Positions 25,603 to 28,671 of a stretch of 28,671 nucleotides of DNA are shown here, piece by piece (position 1 is the first letter of the stretch; every line of letters starts with the position of its first letter). The notes below the pieces were generated by a model. That model saw nothing but the letters and a program-made list of their open reading frames with translations. It was not told the origin of the DNA and did not search any database. The DNA is taken from contig JASJDW010000039.1 in NCBI GenBank assembly GCA_030064955.1, positions 1 through 28,671 on the forward strand. The letters are read 5' to 3'. Source of the stretch: Crocosphaera sp. Lineage in GTDB: Bacteria > Cyanobacteriota > Cyanobacteriia > Cyanobacteriales > Microcystaceae. The translations under genes were made by a program, and so were the position numbers.

Positions 25603-27051
25603 TTAAATAAGTTTTTTTTGCGCTAATTTCTCAGATAAAGTATCAATATTAGGATATTCGTACATTAAAGCGGGGTTAAGGTGGTTTCCTAACCAATCAC
25701 TGAGATCTCCTATCATTCCCACCCCTTCTGCGGAGGATAAACCATAGCTTTGAAAGGAACTGGTAATGTCGATTTCTTCTTCATCTATTTCTAAGAGTTC
25801 TGCTAAATAGGCGATTAACCAAGTTTCTATTTCAGAGGAGGTGTTAGCCCGTGTTGAGGTAGACTTAATCTCATTGTTTGAGCTTTGATGGCTATTTTTG
25901 CGAGAAAGATTACCTACTAATTGGATATATTCCTCCATTGCTTCCTGGTTGCTCATTCCTCGATATTGATTCCAGGTACTCCATTGGATATACTTGCGAG
26001 GATGTAGAATAGGGTTAGGTTCGCTTTCTTGGCAATCCCCTTCAATGGCTTGTTTTTCTAGGGCATAAATGTCTAGTTTTTGTTTATCTTCAGGAATCTC
26101 GACTTGCTCGAATTTTACTTGATTTAAACAGGTTTGAAATTGTAATTCGAGATCGTTTAAATCATGTCCTTGGCGAATTAAATTATGTCCATATTTATCT
26201 TCTCCTGAGACTAATAAACAGTAATGTCGCTGAATATTATGTCCATTTTCATCAATAAAATTCCCTTGCCAACGATAAGGATAAACTTGGGTACTAGGAC
26301 GCACATAACGCCCAATAATTGCTAAACGGCGACGGTTAGAGCGATTCGGAAATGAGCGGTGCATGACTTTTTCGGTAAAAATAATGGCTTGTCCTGCTTT
26401 AATTGGAACGGTTTCTAAGGGCCAATCATTTTCATTAAAGTCATAGGAAAGGGAATATTTTTGTTCCCTTTGCCAGACAGTTTTATGGGCACTAATTCCG
26501 GCAAATACTCCTTCTTTGGCAGGAATACTAGCGGGTAACATGGGAAAGATTTTTTGATGGGAACCGTTAGCAAACTGCATACAACCATTCTCTAAGTCTG
26601 CATCGTCTAAAGCAACCCAAACTGTTAGATTAATCGAGTCTTCATTCGCATCATAAACTAGGGTTTTTTTCTGATAATCAATATCACTAGACGTATAATA
26701 TTCCTTAGCTTGATGCCATTTAATTTCTCCTTGCCCTGGCAATTTACAAAATACGTTAGTATACCATAACAAGAGATCATTTCCTGCAATTTGCTGAACT
26801 CTTTTGACCAGATCTAAATCTTGAAATAAATTAGCAATGGGTTGATGGAATAAATGTAAATCTCTTGGAGTTTCCAAATTAAATACATTGTTATAAAACC
26901 CCATGATTTCTTGTCCGTCTGCTTCAACGATCAAGCGACTATAGGTTTCTAAACAGTTTTTAGCATCAGTCAGTTTTGAGGATTCAAAGATGTCTAAAGG
27001 TCCAACCCATCCCTTTTCTTGAAAATGATTAATCTCCTTTAATGTCAACAT
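25603..27051 (-). CDS. HctB-like tridomain: PhyH-family Fe(II)/2OG halogenase (His-x-Ala), acyl-CoA-binding-protein (ACBP) domain, then ACP.
   Basis: ATG at 27051. GEIKWHQAKEYY gives His113-x-Ala115 where PhyH hydroxylases have WHQD. The distal motif is VMHRSFPNRSNRRR (His231). Residues ~300-385 (LDIYALEKQAIEGD...RKYIQWSTWNQYRGMSNQEAMEEYIQLV) align with canonical ACBP (IYSHYKQATVGD...[26 protein letters not shown]). The C-terminal carrier motif is SYGLSSAEG. Confidence 0.85.
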   Translation of the reverse strand: MLTLKEINHFQEKGWVGPLDIFESSKLTDAKNCLETYSRLIVEADGQEIMGFYNNVFNLETPRDLHLFHQPIANLFQDLDLVKRVQQIAGNDLLLWYTNVFCKLPGQGEIKWHQAKEYYTSSDIDYQKKTLVYDANEDSINLTVWVALDDADLENGCMQFANGSHQKIFPMLPASIPAKEGVFAGISAHKTVWQREQKYSLSYDFNENDWPLETVPIKAGQAIIFTEKVMHRSFPNRSNRRRLAIIGRYVRPSTQVYPYRWQGNFIDENGHNIQRHYCLLVSGEDKYGHNLIRQGHDLNDLELQFQTCLNQVKFEQVEIPEDKQKLDIYALEKQAIEGDCQESEPNPILHPRKYIQWSTWNQYRGMSNQEAMEEYIQLVGNLSRKNSHQSSNNEIKSTSTRANTSSEIETWLIAYLAELLEIDEEEIDITSSFQSYGLSSAEGVGMIGDLSDWLGNHLNPALMYEYPNIDTLSEKLAQKKLI

Positions 27052-27066
27052 ATTTTTTGTGAGTAA

Positions 27067-28671
27067 TTATGTAGATAAAATAAGCTTTTTTTGTTGAGAT
27101 GGTAACGGGTTTAATTGATGATGTAGGAATTGTTGACGACAAGTTTGACGCTGAATTTTGCCGCTAGAGGTTTTCGATAAACTTCCCTGTCTAATTAAAA
27201 CAATCTGATACACCCGTAAATCATGTTCTGCTGCGATCGCTTCTCGAATTCTCCCTTTGACTTGAGCCACCTCTAAATCTTTGCTGTGGCTGCGTTTTAT
27301 TTCTTGCACAACCACTAAACGTTCTTCTCCCTTGATTTCTACTGAAAAAGCTGCACCAAATCCTTCTCGTAAAGCGGGATGGCTTTTTTCTACCGTTAGC
27401 TCAATATCTTGGGGATAATGATTGCGTCCTTCTATAATAATCAAGTCTTTGAGTCTTCCCGTCACAAATAATTGTCCTTCATAGAAAAATCCTAAATCAC
27501 CAGTTCGCAAAAAAGGGCCTTCTCCTGTGTCCTGACGATAAGCTTGAAAGATTAGCTTAGTAGCTTGGGGATTATTCCAATATCCTTGAGCAACAGTCGC
27601 TCCACGTACCCAAATTTCTCCGATCTCTGTGGGTTGACACCCTGTTAGATGCTGAGGATGAACAATCTGGATTTGAGTATCAATTTCACTGCTACCACAT
27701 CCGACTTGGATTTGTGTTGGTAAATTTTTGGGTGGTGTGACTTGCTCTTGCTCTGTTCCTAATGCTTCTTTGACTACTTTTACCTGATGTTGTTCTAAGG
27801 CTTCTGTTTCTAGAGCTAAAAACAAAGGAGACTCTGCTTGCCTAAGTGCCGTAACTTTTAAGGTAGCTTCTGCTAACCCATATCCTGGGGAAAATGTTGA
27901 TTGTTTAAAACCATAAGGTGCAAAGGTTCGACTAAATAATTCTAGGGTTTCGGCCCTGACCCGTTGCGCACCGTTAAGTGCCATTTGCCAGCAACTTAAG
28001 TCTAAATCCTTGGCATCGGTGGGTTTAAATTTTCGCACACATAGATCATAAGCAAAATTAGGTGCGGCACTATGGGTGGCTTGGAAACGGGAAATTATTT
28101 TTAACCAGTTAATCGGTTTGAGTAGAAATGTTACAGGAGAGAGTAAATAGCAAGGAATTCCTACCAACAGAGGGGTTAAAATTCCATAGACTAACCCCAA
28201 ATCATGAAAAGTTGGCAACCAAGAAACGATTTTACTATCCTGACTATGATTCCAACCGCGATCGAGATCTTCACAGTTGATCATTAAATTACCATGACTG
28301 ACCATGACCCCTTTTGGCTCACCTGTAGAACCAGAGGTATATTGGAGTAAAGCTAGGGTTTCTGAGTTTATTTTTAGGGAATTCCCGTTTCTCTGGGTAA
28401 GATTAATAGGACTTGTCGTATCTAACCAAATTAAATGACCTAAATCTCGCCACTTATCTTTGTTTTTGGCTATTTTACTGGTGGTTAAAGCAAATTTTGC
28501 CTGTGCATTGCTAACAATTGAGTGCAACCGTTTTAAAGATTGATTAGGGCGCGGAGGATAAGCAGGAACCGCAACCATTCCAGCAGCAAAACAACCAAAT
28601 AAGGCACGAATAAACTCTAAACCAGGAGGATACAATAGTAAGACGCGATCCCCAGCCGCTCCTAACTGTTG
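27067..28671 (-). CDS. Fatty acyl-AMP ligase (FAAL), 5'-truncated by the window edge.
   Basis: The track start at 28635 is a TTG inside the gene. The frame stays open to 28671 and reads QQLGAAGDRVLLLYPPGLEF. Motifs: LQYTSGSTGEPKG, GYGLAEATL, LRTGDLGFF, GRLKDLIIIEGRNHYPQDIE, SGKIQR. It lies directly upstream of a carrier protein and a PKS, the usual FAAL context. Confidence 0.9.
   Translation of the reverse strand, partial: QQLGAAGDRVLLLYPPGLEFIRALFGCFAAGMVAVPAYPPRPNQSLKRLHSIVSNAQAKFALTTSKIAKNKDKWRDLGHLIWLDTTSPINLTQRNGNSLKINSETLALLQYTSGSTGEPKGVMVSHGNLMINCEDLDRGWNHSQDSKIVSWLPTFHDLGLVYGILTPLLVGIPCYLLSPVTFLLKPINWLKIISRFQATHSAAPNFAYDLCVRKFKPTDAKDLDLSCWQMALNGAQRVRAETLELFSRTFAPYGFKQSTFSPGYGLAEATLKVTALRQAESPLFLALETEALEQHQVKVVKEALGTEQEQVTPPKNLPTQIQVGCGSSEIDTQIQIVHPQHLTGCQPTEIGEIWVRGATVAQGYWNNPQATKLIFQAYRQDTGEGPFLRTGDLGFFYEGQLFVTGRLKDLIIIEGRNHYPQDIELTVEKSHPALREGFGAAFSVEIKGEERLVVVQEIKRSHSKDLEVAQVKGRIREAIAAEHDLRVYQIVLIRQGSLSKTSSGKIQRQTCRQQFLHHQLNPLPSQQKKLILST

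Noticed and set aside
26557-26559. His165 in ANGSHQK as the distal iron ligand of the HctB-like domain.
   Set aside because: The PGSH-like block is a conserved structural motif of PhyH-family proteins. The distal ligand normally lies ~115-120 residues after the first His, in an H-x-S-x-x-N-x-S...R context, which fits His231 (VMHRSFPNRSNRRR).
28633-28635. The FAAL start codon as given by the track (M at 28635).
   Set aside because: It is a TTG (Leu) inside the gene. The frame is open to the window edge and the upstream residues (GDRVLLLYPPGLEF) are conserved FAAL sequence. About 70-80 N-terminal residues are therefore missing from the window.

Overview
The DNA is AT-rich and enriched in the HIP1 palindrome GCGATCGC, so it is almost certainly cyanobacterial. 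A degraded IS transposase sits at the left edge (3-619, + strand). The rest of the window is one co-directional minus-strand biosynthetic gene cluster of 11 genes (628-28671) with short gaps or overlaps, and it runs off the right edge inside its first visible gene. In transcription order (right to left) the genes are as follows. (1) A fatty acyl-AMP ligase, 5'-truncated by the window. (2) An HctB-like tridomain of Fe/2OG halogenase, ACBP and ACP, with a His-x-Ala iron motif. (3) A 2393-aa PKS/NRPS hybrid, KS-AT-ACP-aminotransferase-cMT-C. (4) A 187-aa HD-like protein of unknown function. (5) A TauD/SyrP-like hydroxylase with an intact His-x-Glu motif. (6) A stand-alone WelO5/AmbO5-like Fe/2OG enzyme with His-x-Gly, a putative second halogenase. 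(7) A 2025-aa NRPS made of a His-less C-like (interface-type) domain, then A(Asp code)-T-E-C. (8) A McyF-like Asp/Glu racemase. (9) A stand-alone A-T whose code begins DARH, as in McyB2. (10) A C-A(Tyr-like)-T-TE termination module with a TubC-type docking domain. (11) An AsnB-type amidotransferase. The predicted product is a chlorinated 3-amino-2-methyl fatty acyl tripeptide: D-(beta-OH?)Asp, then an acidic D-residue (possibly iso-linked), then Tyr. I cannot match this gene and domain combination to any characterised cluster from memory. All family assignments come from motif reading by eye, with no database search. No rRNA, tRNA or CRISPR array was seen.
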